A DNA stretch of 64,000 bases from an uncultured Alphaproteobacteria bacterium (GCA_937896365.1 CALBMH010000026.1:14480-78479); one strand, 5' to 3'; counted from the first letter of the stretch, positions 51,011 to 60,436 are shown. Numbers and translations are program-made. The notes: generated from the letters alone by a model not told the origin.

Positions 51011-52026
51011 GGATGACATCCGATTATGCACAACTAAAGGGTATTGAAAAAGCAGCAGCCTTCTTATTAACCCTTTCCGAAGAGCAAATTACCAAAGTCC
51101 TTGCGCGCATGGACGAAGATGAAATTAAAGAAATATCCCTGACGATGGCGCAATTAGGAAAAGTAGAAGGCAATGTGATGGATCGGTTGTATGAGGATGT
51201 AAGAAAAGAATTTCACTCTTCAGGGGCCATGATTGGTAGTTTTGATACCACAGAGAAGCTACTTCAAAAAATTCTTCCTAAAGAGCGTGCTGAAAGTATT
51301 ATGGAGGAGATCCGAGGCCCTGCAGGGCGAACAATGTGGGATAAACTCGGTAATGTGAGTGAAGTACTGCTTGCCAATTATCTGAAAAATGAATATCCCC
51401 AGACGATTTCTGTTATTTTATCTAAAATTAGAACGGAGCATGCAGCAAAAGTTCTTGGGATCTTGCCCGATAATTTGGCCATGGAAGTTGTCCTACGCAT
51501 GCTTCGTATGGAGCCCGTTCAAAAGGAAATCATCGAAGATATCGAACGTACTCTTAGGACAGAGTTCATGAGTAATTTATCGCGGTCAAACAAACGAGAT
51601 CCCCATGAGCTCATTGCAGAAATTTTTAACTTTTTTGATAGATCTACGGAAGCGCGGTTTATGGGGTCTTTGGAGGAAAGGAATCCTGATTCGTCTGAAC
51701 GTGTGAAGGCGCTCATGTTTACCTTTGATGATCTTATTCGTATTGATGCTCAGGGGATACAAGCCATTATTCGGGTAGCTGATAAAAATAAATTAGCATT
51801 GGCGCTGAAGGGATCAAACGAAAATATTAAAGGGCTTTTCTTTAAAAATATGTCAGAACGTGCTGCAAAGATTATGAAGGAAGATATGGAATCCCTTGGT
51901 TTAGTGAGAGTTAAGGATGTTGATGAGGCTCAAAGCATCATTGTCTTGGCTGCAAAGGAGTTGTCCAACAAGGGAGAGATTAATATTAAATCAGGCACTG
52001 AAAGTGAAGAAGAGATGATAGGGTAA
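51007..52026 (+). CDS. fliG: Flagellar motor switch protein FliG
   Basis: GIEKAAAFLLTLSEEQITKVLARMDEDEIKEIS, MFTFDDLIRIDAQGIQAIIR and SERAAKIMKEDME. ATGA overlap with fliF. Confidence 0.94.
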   Translation: MRMTSDYAQLKGIEKAAAFLLTLSEEQITKVLARMDEDEIKEISLTMAQLGKVEGNVMDRLYEDVRKEFHSSGAMIGSFDTTEKLLQKILPKERAESIMEEIRGPAGRTMWDKLGNVSEVLLANYLKNEYPQTISVILSKIRTEHAAKVLGILPDNLAMEVVLRMLRMEPVQKEIIEDIERTLRTEFMSNLSRSNKRDPHELIAEIFNFFDRSTEARFMGSLEERNPDSSERVKALMFTFDDLIRIDAQGIQAIIRVADKNKLALALKGSNENIKGLFFKNMSERAAKIMKEDMESLGLVRVKDVDEAQSIIVLAAKELSNKGEINIKSGTESEEEMIG

Positions 52027-52035
52027 AGAGGGCAC

Positions 52036-52611
52036 ATGACAGTAAAATTTCTTTTTGATACTGATTTTAGCCAACCCGTTGCTGAGCACTCTTTCGATCA
52101 GGAAGAGGTCGCTATCGCTTGTCGTCAAAGCTATATGGAAGGGTTTGATGCAGGCCGCCTACAGGGACTTCAGGAAATTGAAGCTGATTGTCGCTCTGTA
52201 CTCAATCAACTGATGCACTCTTTCGATCACATCAAAAACATTGAAATGCAAAGCAGCATCAATGCTGGCGTCATTGCAGAAAAGATCACAAGAGCTCTTT
52301 TTCCTGCTTTTTCTGAACAAGGGGGACTTCTTGAAGTAAAAACTGTCTTAAAAAGTGTCCTTGAAAAACTAAATTGTGATAATCAGCTCACTCTTTATTG
52401 TTCTGAAGCGATTCTTCCGAAACTTAAAGAATATATTGACACTTTGTACACGGATGTTCCTATTCATCTTCAAAGCCAGAAGGATAGGCAAAAAACAGAT
52501 ATCATAATCGACTGGAAAACAGGATTTGCTGAGCGAAATGAACAAGCACTCTTAGAACACATTGACACAGTGATGAGAGAATATAGGGAGAGTCACCATG
52601 ATGCGCGATGA
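52036..52611 (+). CDS. fliH: FliH-like flagellar export/assembly protein (FlbE position)
   Basis: 191 aa in the fliG-fliN slot. Y.EGFDAGRLQG resembles the FliH core. Sequence conservation is weak, so the call rests mainly on synteny. Confidence 0.55.
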   Translation: MTVKFLFDTDFSQPVAEHSFDQEEVAIACRQSYMEGFDAGRLQGLQEIEADCRSVLNQLMHSFDHIKNIEMQSSINAGVIAEKITRALFPAFSEQGGLLEVKTVLKSVLEKLNCDNQLTLYCSEAILPKLKEYIDTLYTDVPIHLQSQKDRQKTDIIIDWKTGFAERNEQALLEHIDTVMREYRESHHDAR

Positions 52612-53029
52612 TGAAAATACTTCTGTGTTTCCCAATGAAGGAGACAGTAAAAGGGGTAACATTGGTTCCTCTGGGATGACGCAAGATATGATTGATGATC
52701 TTGCGTCAGATGCATCAGCGTCAGAAATGAAGAGTGGTCTTCCAAATCAGGAGCTCGTTGAAACGCTTCAAGGAAATACAGTCCCAAGAGATCTGGATGC
52801 CGTCTACGAGATACCCGTACAACTCTCAGCCGTTCTTGGGAAAGCGAGTATGCCCGTTAATCAGCTGCTTAAGCTCGGTCGTGGTGCTGTCGTCGAGCTT
52901 GATCGCCGTGTAGGGGAAGCTATTGATATTTACGTTAATAACAAGCTCATTGCCCGTGGTGAAGTTGTTCTCGTTGAGGACCGCTTGGGAATAACGATGA
53001 CAGAAATCATCAAAGCCGATCGGGTTTAG
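52598..53029 (+). CDS. fliN: Flagellar motor switch protein FliN
   Basis: SpoA domain: IPVQLSAVLGKASMPVNQLLKLGRGAVVELDRRVGEAIDIYVNNKLIARGEVVLVEDRLGITMTEII. Confidence 0.93.
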   Translation: MMRDDENTSVFPNEGDSKRGNIGSSGMTQDMIDDLASDASASEMKSGLPNQELVETLQGNTVPRDLDAVYEIPVQLSAVLGKASMPVNQLLKLGRGAVVELDRRVGEAIDIYVNNKLIARGEVVLVEDRLGITMTEIIKADRV

Positions 53030-53058
53030 AAAATATGTATAGCAGAGGAGAAGATTGA

Positions 53059-54381
53059 ATGAGAGTGCTTCTTGTTGGAGGATTGGAAGGGTATGTGTCA
53101 ACGGCTGCTAAAATTGCACTTGATAAGGGTGCTAAGGTTGTTACATATGACGAATCTACCCAGGCACTCCAGGCGCTGCGGGAAGGGTTGAGCGCGGATA
53201 TTATTTTGTTGGATATTAAATGCGATGTGGCAAAATTTGCTAAATCTCTCAAAGAAGAACGCTTTAGCATACCGATTATTGCGTGTGGTGTGACATCAAC
53301 TGCGGAAGAAGCTGCTACGAGTATTCGAGCAGGAGCTAAGGAATATATTCCCTTCCCCCCCGATCCGGAGCTTATTGCCGCTGTTCTCATGGCTGTGAGC
53401 CAGGATGATCACACACTTTTGACCCAAGATCCTGTTGTACTCAAATGGGTAAAACTGGCTGATAAGATTGCACCAAGCCAAGCCAATGTACTGATTACAG
53501 GTGAATCAGGTACCGGTAAAGAAGTAATGGCGCACTATATTCATCAAAAATCAAAGCGCAAAGATAAACCTTTTGTGTCTGTCAACTGTGCTGCGATTCC
53601 AGAGAACCTTCTTGAATCTGAGCTCTTTGGCCATGAGAAAGGAGCTTTTACAGGAGCTGTTGCACGTCGTATTGGTAAGTTTGAAGAGGCTTCTGGTGGC
53701 ACGCTTCTTCTTGATGAGATCAGCGAAATGCATCCTCGCCTTCAAGCCAAACTTCTTCGAGCCATTCAAGAAAAGAAAATTGACCGCGTTGGAGGAAGTC
53801 AGCCTGTTTGTGTAGATATTCGTCTTGTGGCAACATCAAATCGTAATTTACTTGAAGCTATTGAAAAAGGAGAATTCCGAGAAGATCTCTATTTCCGTAT
53901 CAATGTTGTGAATCTTCATCTGCCTCCTTTGCGTGAGCGCAAGGCAGATATTGAGCTTTTGGCAAAGCATTTTATTCAAAAGTTTGCAAAGATCAATCAT
54001 ATAGCTCCTAAAGGGTTAACAGAAGGCGTTCTTCAAACCATTAAAGAATACAGCTGGCGTGGAAATGTGCGTGAATTACAAAACATGATGCATCGTGCCC
54101 TTCTTCTCTCTTCAGGTGATAAAATTGATCTGGAAGATCTAGGGGTTTTGCTGCCTGATAGACACAAAGCATGTCCAGAAGGCGTCGTATCGCCCTTTCC
54201 TATTCTTGTTGGGAAAACGGTGGCTCAGGTAGAAAAGGAACTTATTCTTGGCACTCTTGATCACTGCCTTGGTAACCGCACGCATGCCTCTCACATCTTA
54301 GGGATTTCCATTCGTACACTCCGTAATAAGCTCAAGGAGTACGAAGAAGAAAGTAAACAAAAAAATATGCAAGTCGCATAA
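53059..54381 (+). CDS. flbD: Sigma-54-dependent transcriptional activator, FlbD-like
   Basis: Receiver-like N-terminal domain. AAA+ core with GESGTGKE, GAFTGA and LLLDEI. C-terminal Fis-type HTH NRTHASHILGISIRTLRNKLKEY. Sits between fliN and flhA. Confidence 0.85.
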   Translation: MRVLLVGGLEGYVSTAAKIALDKGAKVVTYDESTQALQALREGLSADIILLDIKCDVAKFAKSLKEERFSIPIIACGVTSTAEEAATSIRAGAKEYIPFPPDPELIAAVLMAVSQDDHTLLTQDPVVLKWVKLADKIAPSQANVLITGESGTGKEVMAHYIHQKSKRKDKPFVSVNCAAIPENLLESELFGHEKGAFTGAVARRIGKFEEASGGTLLLDEISEMHPRLQAKLLRAIQEKKIDRVGGSQPVCVDIRLVATSNRNLLEAIEKGEFREDLYFRINVVNLHLPPLRERKADIELLAKHFIQKFAKINHIAPKGLTEGVLQTIKEYSWRGNVRELQNMMHRALLLSSGDKIDLEDLGVLLPDRHKACPEGVVSPFPILVGKTVAQVEKELILGTLDHCLGNRTHASHILGISIRTLRNKLKEYEEESKQKNMQVA

Positions 54382-54401
54382 TTTAGGAGAAAAAAGAAAG
54401 G

Positions 54402-56507
54402 ATGATACCGATAGGCTCACTGACGTTTCATACCTTGAATTTTAACGAGCTTCTCAAGCGCGGCGATATCGCTTTTGCTCTAGGGTTGATGACGATTCTT
54501 TTTGTTCTTGTTTTTCCTCTTCCAGCGCTTCTTTTGGATCTGGCTCTTGCTATGTCTATGACATTTTCTATCCTCATTCTGATGACAGCACTTTTTATCC
54601 AAAAACCCCTTGAATTCAGCGCATTTCCAACGGTTCTTCTTGTTGCGACGATGGCACGTCTTGCGCTCAATGTGGCGTCCACACGCCTTATCCTCGGCTA
54701 TGGTCATGAAGGAACGCACGCAGCAGGGAAAGTAATCCAAGCTTTCGGTCAATTTTTAATGGCTGGTAATTTTATCATTGGGATGATTGTTTTTGCTATT
54801 TTGATCATCGTCAATTTTGTTGTCATTACGAAAGGTTCAGGTCGTATCGCCGAAGTATCGGCCCGATTCACTTTGGATTCCATGCCCGGTAAGCAAATGG
54901 CTATCGATGCTGATTTATCCTCTGGATTGATTAATGAAATCGAAGCCAAACGTCGCCGTAAGGAGCTCGGAGATGAGAGTAACTTTTTTGGAGCCATGGA
55001 CGGTTCTGCGAAATTTGTCCGTGGTGATGCTATTGCAGGGTTGCTTATTACCTTTATCAATATCATTGGTGGAATTATTATTGGCGTCGCACAAATGGAT
55101 ATGAATCTGGGAGATGCATCGCGCACCTATACGCTCTTGACGGTGGGCGATGGTTTGGTCTCTCAGATTCCTGCTTTAATTGTATCCACAGCAGCAGGTC
55201 TTTTGGTTTCTAAAGCTGGGGTGGAAGGAAGTGCGGATAAAGCTCTCTTCTCTCAACTCAGTGCGTATCCTACAGCTTTAGGGCTTAGTTCGTTTCTTAC
55301 AGGTCTATTGTCCATTTTACCTCAAATGCCGATGCTTCCGTTCTTCGTACTCTCCATTGTTACGGGAAGCGCTGCATGGAAAATTTCCAAGGAGAAAGAC
55401 AAGAAAGAAGGGGAAGAAAAGCAGTTGTTACGTCAGCAAGAACTCCTTGAAAAAGAAGAACTTAAGGAAGAGCCTTTGCGTGTCACGATGGACCATATAA
55501 AGATTGAGCTTGGCTACGGTCTTGTCAGTCTTCTCAGTACGTCTTCTGGCCCGAGCCTGACAGATCAAATTAAAAATTTACGGTCTCAACTTGTGCGAGA
55601 AATAGGTTTTATTCTCCCTTCCGTACGTTTGCAAGACAACATGCACCTCGAAAGTAATGAGTATATCATTAAAATCAAGGAGCTTGAAGCCGGACGTGGT
55701 GAGCTTCGCCCGATGCATTTTCTCATTATGGATCCAGCGGGTCAGCCCATACGTTTAGAAGGCGAGCGTATAACAGAACCTACTTTTGGTCTTCCTGCTG
55801 TTTGGATTACACCCAGTCTTAAAATTGAAGCGGAAACGCGTGGTTATACAGTCGTTGATAATGCAACGGTTCTTACGACACACTTAACGGAAATTGTTAA
55901 AGATCATATGGGAGAGCTCTTATCCTTTGCAGAAGTGCAAAAACTCTTAGATGATCTGGGAGATCCTTACAAAAAACTCCTGAATGACATTATTCCTAGT
56001 CATATTTCAGTGGGAAGTATTCAGCGTGTACTTCAGAACCTTGTCTCTGAGCGTGTTTCCATTCGCGATCTTATGGGAATTTTAGAAGCTATCGCCGAAG
56101 CGTGTACCTTTTCTCGTAATACAACGATTATTACAGAACATGTGCGCCTGCGCCTGATGCGGCAAATCACCTATGCCCATGTTGATCATGATCATATGCT
56201 GAGTGTTGTGAATCTGGGCCCCACATGGGAACAGCTCTTGACGGAAGCTTTAGTGGGAGATGGAGAAGTGAAAAATCTTGCCTTGGCCCCAAGTACACTC
56301 CAAGCATTTATAAGCAATCTGAAAGCTATTTTTGATGAGCTTATGGTGCAAGGAGAAATGCCCGTTCTTCTAACAACAGCGATGCTACGTCCTTATGTAC
56401 GATCAATCCTAGAACGCATTCGCCCCTCAACAATTGTTATGGCTCAAAGCGAAGTGTACCCAAAAGTGAGACTCAAGCATCTTGGGCAAGTTGCACCGCC
56501 AAGATAA
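54402..56507 (+). CDS. flhA: Flagellar type III export gate protein FlhA
   Basis: FHIPEP-family motifs ILIIVNFVVITKGSGRIAEVSARFTLDSMPGKQMAIDADL and FVRGDAIAG, plus a large cytoplasmic C-domain. Confidence 0.95.
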   Translation: MIPIGSLTFHTLNFNELLKRGDIAFALGLMTILFVLVFPLPALLLDLALAMSMTFSILILMTALFIQKPLEFSAFPTVLLVATMARLALNVASTRLILGYGHEGTHAAGKVIQAFGQFLMAGNFIIGMIVFAILIIVNFVVITKGSGRIAEVSARFTLDSMPGKQMAIDADLSSGLINEIEAKRRRKELGDESNFFGAMDGSAKFVRGDAIAGLLITFINIIGGIIIGVAQMDMNLGDASRTYTLLTVGDGLVSQIPALIVSTAAGLLVSKAGVEGSADKALFSQLSAYPTALGLSSFLTGLLSILPQMPMLPFFVLSIVTGSAAWKISKEKDKKEGEEKQLLRQQELLEKEELKEEPLRVTMDHIKIELGYGLVSLLSTSSGPSLTDQIKNLRSQLVREIGFILPSVRLQDNMHLESNEYIIKIKELEAGRGELRPMHFLIMDPAGQPIRLEGERITEPTFGLPAVWITPSLKIEAETRGYTVVDNATVLTTHLTEIVKDHMGELLSFAEVQKLLDDLGDPYKKLLNDIIPSHISVGSIQRVLQNLVSERVSIRDLMGILEAIAEACTFSRNTTIITEHVRLRLMRQITYAHVDHDHMLSVVNLGPTWEQLLTEALVGDGEVKNLALAPSTLQAFISNLKAIFDELMVQGEMPVLLTTAMLRPYVRSILERIRPSTIVMAQSEVYPKVRLKHLGQVAPPR

Positions 56508-56514
56508 TTGTATT

Positions 56515-57558
56515 CTACACTATCTTTCTTTCTATCAATAACTCAAGAATTTGTACAACGTTAAGGGCCGCACCTTTACGTAGGTTGTCCGCCACAATCC
56601 ACATGTTCAAACCATGCTCACAGCTTAGATCTTTTCGAATACGACTAATAAATATGTCATTTTCACCACATACTTCTGCAGGTGTTGTGTAATTCTGAGA
56701 ATCTGGGATGAGGGTAACTCCGTGGGCTTTTTTTAGAACGCTCCTAGCATCGCTTACAGTCATCTTATCCTTAAATTCCACATTAACACTCATGGAGTGA
56801 CCGATAAAAACAGGCACGCGCACAGCCGTAACACTGATGGGAATATCCCGGTGCATGACCTTTTTGAATTCCTTCATAATTTTGATCTCTTCCCCTGTAT
56901 GGCCCGCTGTATCAATAGAATCGATCTGAGGAATAAGATTGAACGCTATGACCTTAGGAAAATACTCTGTTTGGGTGGGGCTGTTCATATAAACAGCGCG
57001 TGTTTGCGAAAAAAGCTCATCCATAGCCTTTTTCCCAGCGCCCGAAACAGACTGGTATGTGCTGACAATGACGCGTTTGATTGGAACAAAATCATCGAGG
57101 GGTTTAAGGGCTACGGCAAGCTGTATCATAGCGCAATTAGGACTTGCGATAATTCTTTTTTGTTTGACAAGGGCAATATCTTTTGCATTCACTTCAGGAA
57201 TAAGCAGAGAAACATTCTTGTCCAACCGAAAGGCACTGCTGTTGTCAATCACAATAGATCCTGCGGCCATTGCTCGCTCTACAAACGCTTTTGCTGTTGT
57301 GCTTCCAGCGGAGCTGAGAACAACCTGCGTACTTGAGAAATCAAAATCTTCGAGAGGAATAACTTTCAGAATACCTTTATCACCATAAGATATCTCTCGT
57401 CCGATGGACCGTCTTGACGCCACAGCTGTTATGTTGGCTTGAGAGAATCCTTTCTCTTCCAGAATTTGCAGAATAGTGCGGCCAACATTTCCGGTAGCAC
57501 CGATAACCCCCACGCGTATGTCGTGTATACCATAATTATGTGGCTTTTTGGAGAACAT
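56515..57558 (-). CDS. asd: Aspartate-semialdehyde dehydrogenase
   Basis: VGVIGATGNVGR (Rossmann fold), active-site SPNCAMIQL, and ADNLRKGAALNVVQI. Confidence 0.93.
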   Translation of the reverse strand: MFSKKPHNYGIHDIRVGVIGATGNVGRTILQILEEKGFSQANITAVASRRSIGREISYGDKGILKVIPLEDFDFSSTQVVLSSAGSTTAKAFVERAMAAGSIVIDNSSAFRLDKNVSLLIPEVNAKDIALVKQKRIIASPNCAMIQLAVALKPLDDFVPIKRVIVSTYQSVSGAGKKAMDELFSQTRAVYMNSPTQTEYFPKVIAFNLIPQIDSIDTAGHTGEEIKIMKEFKKVMHRDIPISVTAVRVPVFIGHSMSVNVEFKDKMTVSDARSVLKKAHGVTLIPDSQNYTTPAEVCGENDIFISRIRKDLSCEHGLNMWIVADNLRKGAALNVVQILELLIERKIV

Positions 57559-57600
57559 GATAGAGACTCTTTAATCTTGTCTGTGGTCTAGTCTTAGCAA

Positions 57601-57638
57601 ATTCAATTGAATGCTTCATCATTGATGTAGCATTCAAT
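57601..57638. promoter_or_regulatory. 33-nt near-perfect palindrome (candidate operator) centred in the asd / methyltransferase divergent intergenic region
   Basis: ATTGAATGCTTCATCA-T-TGATGTAGCATTCAAT (57606-57638) matches at 15 of 16 arm positions. It overlaps a second palindrome, ATTCAATTGAAT (57601-57612). The centre (57622) coincides with the midpoint of the 126-bp intergenic region. Confidence 0.35.
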
Positions 57639-57684
57639 GTGGGATATAAATAGTTTTGTATCTTATCAGGATCGAGAATAGCGT

Positions 57685-58281
57685 ATGCAATCCAAGTTTC
57701 TTCGTGGTGAAACACGTCTGTTTTTTAAGCGGTGGATACAAAATCCGAAACGTCTCGGTACAGTAGCTCCCATTTCCGTGCGTCTTGCAAATATGGCAGC
57801 GTCATGTGTTGAGCGCCCTACACATATTAAGCTTGTTGAAATTGGTGCAGGCCCTGGGCGGTTAACGCGTTCTCTTTTGAAAGCAGGGGTGAAGTCTGAA
57901 AATATCAAAGCGATTGAACTTGATCCTGATTTATGCCGTTTTTCGAGGGAATCCATCCCGGAGGTTGATTTCATTGAAGGGGATGCTCAATATCTCAAGG
58001 ATCTTATCCCCACTCATTGGGTTGGGCAGGTGGATGTGGTATTCTCAACGATTCCTTTGATGTATTTACCGAGAGATGTTCGCTTGAATATTATCGAGGC
58101 AGCGCTTTCTGTTCTGAGGCCTGGGGGCGACCTTTTGCATCTCACCTACAACTACTGGTCCCCTCTTGATGGGATACTGGGTTATGATCAAAAGAAGATG
58201 GCTTCTTTGTGGCTGAATTTGCCTCCTGCTTTTATCTGGCGTTACAGAAAGCAGCGAGATCCACACTTGAAAGCAGCATAA
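57685..58281 (+). CDS. Class I SAM-dependent methyltransferase, phospholipid N-methyltransferase-like (copy 1)
   Basis: 198 aa. FFKRWIQNPKRLGTVAPIS, SAM motif I VEIGAGPGRLT, IELDPDL and GGDLLHLTY. Resembles the Sinorhizobium-type PmtA family as I recall it. Confidence 0.65.
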   Translation: MQSKFLRGETRLFFKRWIQNPKRLGTVAPISVRLANMAASCVERPTHIKLVEIGAGPGRLTRSLLKAGVKSENIKAIELDPDLCRFSRESIPEVDFIEGDAQYLKDLIPTHWVGQVDVVFSTIPLMYLPRDVRLNIIEAALSVLRPGGDLLHLTYNYWSPLDGILGYDQKKMASLWLNLPPAFIWRYRKQRDPHLKAA

Positions 58282-58285
58282 GCCT

Positions 58286-58882
58286 ATGCCGCAGGGGGCT
58301 GAAAAAAATAGCAAACGCGAAGAGAATCTTCTTTTCTTAAAGCAGCTTGTGAAGAATCCCAAAGCGCTTGGAGCCCTTGTCCCAAGTTCGGAGGCTTTGG
58401 GGAAATTTATCTCTAAACAGATTAACTGCAAGAGCGAGGGATATTTTGTTGAAATTGGTGCTGGAACAGGAAGCTTAACCCTTGCATTACTGCGTGCCGG
58501 AATTCAACCCGATCGTCTCTATGTCATTGAGATTGATCCGGCATTGTCGTCTTTTTTGAAGAAAAAGCTTCCTGCAGACGTTCATGTGATTACAGGAGAT
58601 GCTGCCCATCTTAGCCGCTTGCTTCCAGAGCCTATTGTAGGACATGTAGATACAGTAATCTCAGGTATTCCTATGATGAATCTGACAATTTTTGAACAAA
58701 CCCAGCTTATCCAGTCGAGCTTTCAAGTCATCAAGAAAGGTGGGAGTTTGTTGCAGTTTACTTACGGTCCTTTATCCCCTTTACCTGCAAAAAAACTTGG
58801 TTTGAACAAGAAAAGAATAGGACATGTCCTTTTTAACTTTCCTCCTGCAACATTATGGCGCTATCAGTGTGAACATGTATGA
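58286..58882 (+). CDS. Class I SAM-dependent methyltransferase, phospholipid N-methyltransferase-like (copy 2)
   Basis: 198 aa and collinear with copy 1. FLKQLVKNPKALGALVPSS, VEIGAGTGSLT, IEIDPAL, GGSLLQFTY and PPATLWRY versus PPAFIWRY. Confidence 0.65.
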   Translation: MPQGAEKNSKREENLLFLKQLVKNPKALGALVPSSEALGKFISKQINCKSEGYFVEIGAGTGSLTLALLRAGIQPDRLYVIEIDPALSSFLKKKLPADVHVITGDAAHLSRLLPEPIVGHVDTVISGIPMMNLTIFEQTQLIQSSFQVIKKGGSLLQFTYGPLSPLPAKKLGLNKKRIGHVLFNFPPATLWRYQCEHV

Positions 58883-58906
58883 ATTGTCATCTCGGTGAAA
58901 TGATTT

Positions 58907-60019
58907 ATGTCTATCATTAAAGCACGGGAAAATGTCATGACGATTGCCCCTTACGTCGGGGGTGATGTAACCCCGAACGGGATGACACGTCGTATTGTTT
59001 TAGCATCCAACGAAAGCCCTTTGGGTCCATCCCCCCTCGTTGTGGATTTTTTCAAAAATTTTTCCTTGCCTTTAGCCAGTTATCCGAGTGGCTCAGCGTC
59101 CGCACTCAAAGAAGCCCTTGCAGCCCTCTACCACGTGGACCTCTCCCATGTAATTTGTGGTAACGGGTCTGAGGATATTATTCATCTCATTTGTCGAGCG
59201 TTTGTTGGAGAAGGCGACGATGTTGTCATTCCACAGTACGGATTCCTTGTTTATCCCATCGCAACGAAAGCCAGTGGAGCCCACTGTGTTTTCGTTCCAC
59301 AAATAGGACTAAGGTCTGATGTCGACGCCATTGTAAATGCTATGACATCGCGAACAAAGGTCGTCTTTCTTGACAATCCAGGGAATCCTCTTGGGTGCCT
59401 CATGCAAAGAGAAGACGTCATGAGACTGCACCAAAATTTACCAGAATCAGTTCTTTTGGTGTTGGATGAGGCTTACGCTGAATATGTGACAGACCCAGAG
59501 TTTGAAAGCGGCTTGAGCCTTTTTAAGAGAACTCCTAACGTTATTGTCTTGCGTACTTTTTCAAAGGCGTATGGTCTTGCAAGTCTGCGCATTGGCTGGG
59601 CCCACGCTGCTCCTCACCTCTTGGACCCCCTTAATCGTATACGCCAACCTTTCAATGTTAATAGCATTGCCCAGGCTGTGGGATGTATCGCCCTTCAAGA
59701 TCAACAGTGGATAGAAAAGGCAAGAGAGCATAACCACATATGGCGTTCTTGGACGAAAAGAAAGCTTGAAACTGCTGGTTTTAAAGTGAATCCCAGTTAT
59801 GGGAATTTCCTTCTTTTTGATTGTGGATCAATGGATAAGGCGCAGCAGCTCTATTCTGATCTGGGGGAACGTGGTATCACACTGCGCCCTGTCGGAGGAT
59901 ACGGACTTCACCAACACTTGCGTGTCAGTGTTGGAAAAGACACAGAGATGGAAGAATTTATTCATGTTTTAAATACGTTTAACTCTGTCGAATGTCACAA
60001 GCGCACATCTTCACCATAG
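58907..60019 (+). CDS. hisC: Histidinol-phosphate aminotransferase family (class II PLP aminotransferase)
   Basis: LASNESPLGPSP, LDEAYAEY, and PLP-lysine context TFSKAYGLASLRIGW. Confidence 0.82.
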   Translation: MSIIKARENVMTIAPYVGGDVTPNGMTRRIVLASNESPLGPSPLVVDFFKNFSLPLASYPSGSASALKEALAALYHVDLSHVICGNGSEDIIHLICRAFVGEGDDVVIPQYGFLVYPIATKASGAHCVFVPQIGLRSDVDAIVNAMTSRTKVVFLDNPGNPLGCLMQREDVMRLHQNLPESVLLVLDEAYAEYVTDPEFESGLSLFKRTPNVIVLRTFSKAYGLASLRIGWAHAAPHLLDPLNRIRQPFNVNSIAQAVGCIALQDQQWIEKAREHNHIWRSWTKRKLETAGFKVNPSYGNFLLFDCGSMDKAQQLYSDLGERGITLRPVGGYGLHQHLRVSVGKDTEMEEFIHVLNTFNSVECHKRTSSP

Positions 60020-60097
60020 CGTTTCGTTTTTAGAACCGAGCACTTTTTTTGTGCCTTTCTTATGACCTTTGCGCGTTCTTTTATGGCTTCCCCAAAG

Positions 60098-60436
60098 CTA
60101 TCCTCCCATGGTGCGCGTCGTCAGTTCGTTGATTTTCTCCACAGCTATACGCAGAGCTTGGGACACGATTTCCATATGCGTGTTGAGTTCTTGGAGTGAC
60201 AGAGCTGTTTTTTCGACGTTACCTGCACCAAAAATCTGTGTAGCTATAGCGTGTTCGGCGGAGGCTCCGGTTTGTTTAATACCTCCTAAAACTGTATGGG
60301 CGAGTGAGGATAATTCAGCTTTGAAAGCTGCACCACCAAAATCTGTACTTTTTATTGAACCAGGGTTTGCAGTTGATTGAGACTCCCCGCCAAGCTTTGC
60401 CGCATCCCTATAACTTTGCAACGCCTTGATACTCAT
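60098..60436 (-). CDS. fliE: Flagellar hook-basal body protein FliE
   Basis: 112 aa with the conserved C-terminal half ALSLQELNTHMEIVSQALRIAVEKINELT. Lies downstream of flgB-flgC. Confidence 0.85.
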   Translation of the reverse strand: MSIKALQSYRDAAKLGGESQSTANPGSIKSTDFGGAAFKAELSSLAHTVLGGIKQTGASAEHAIATQIFGAGNVEKTALSLQELNTHMEIVSQALRIAVEKINELTTRTMGG

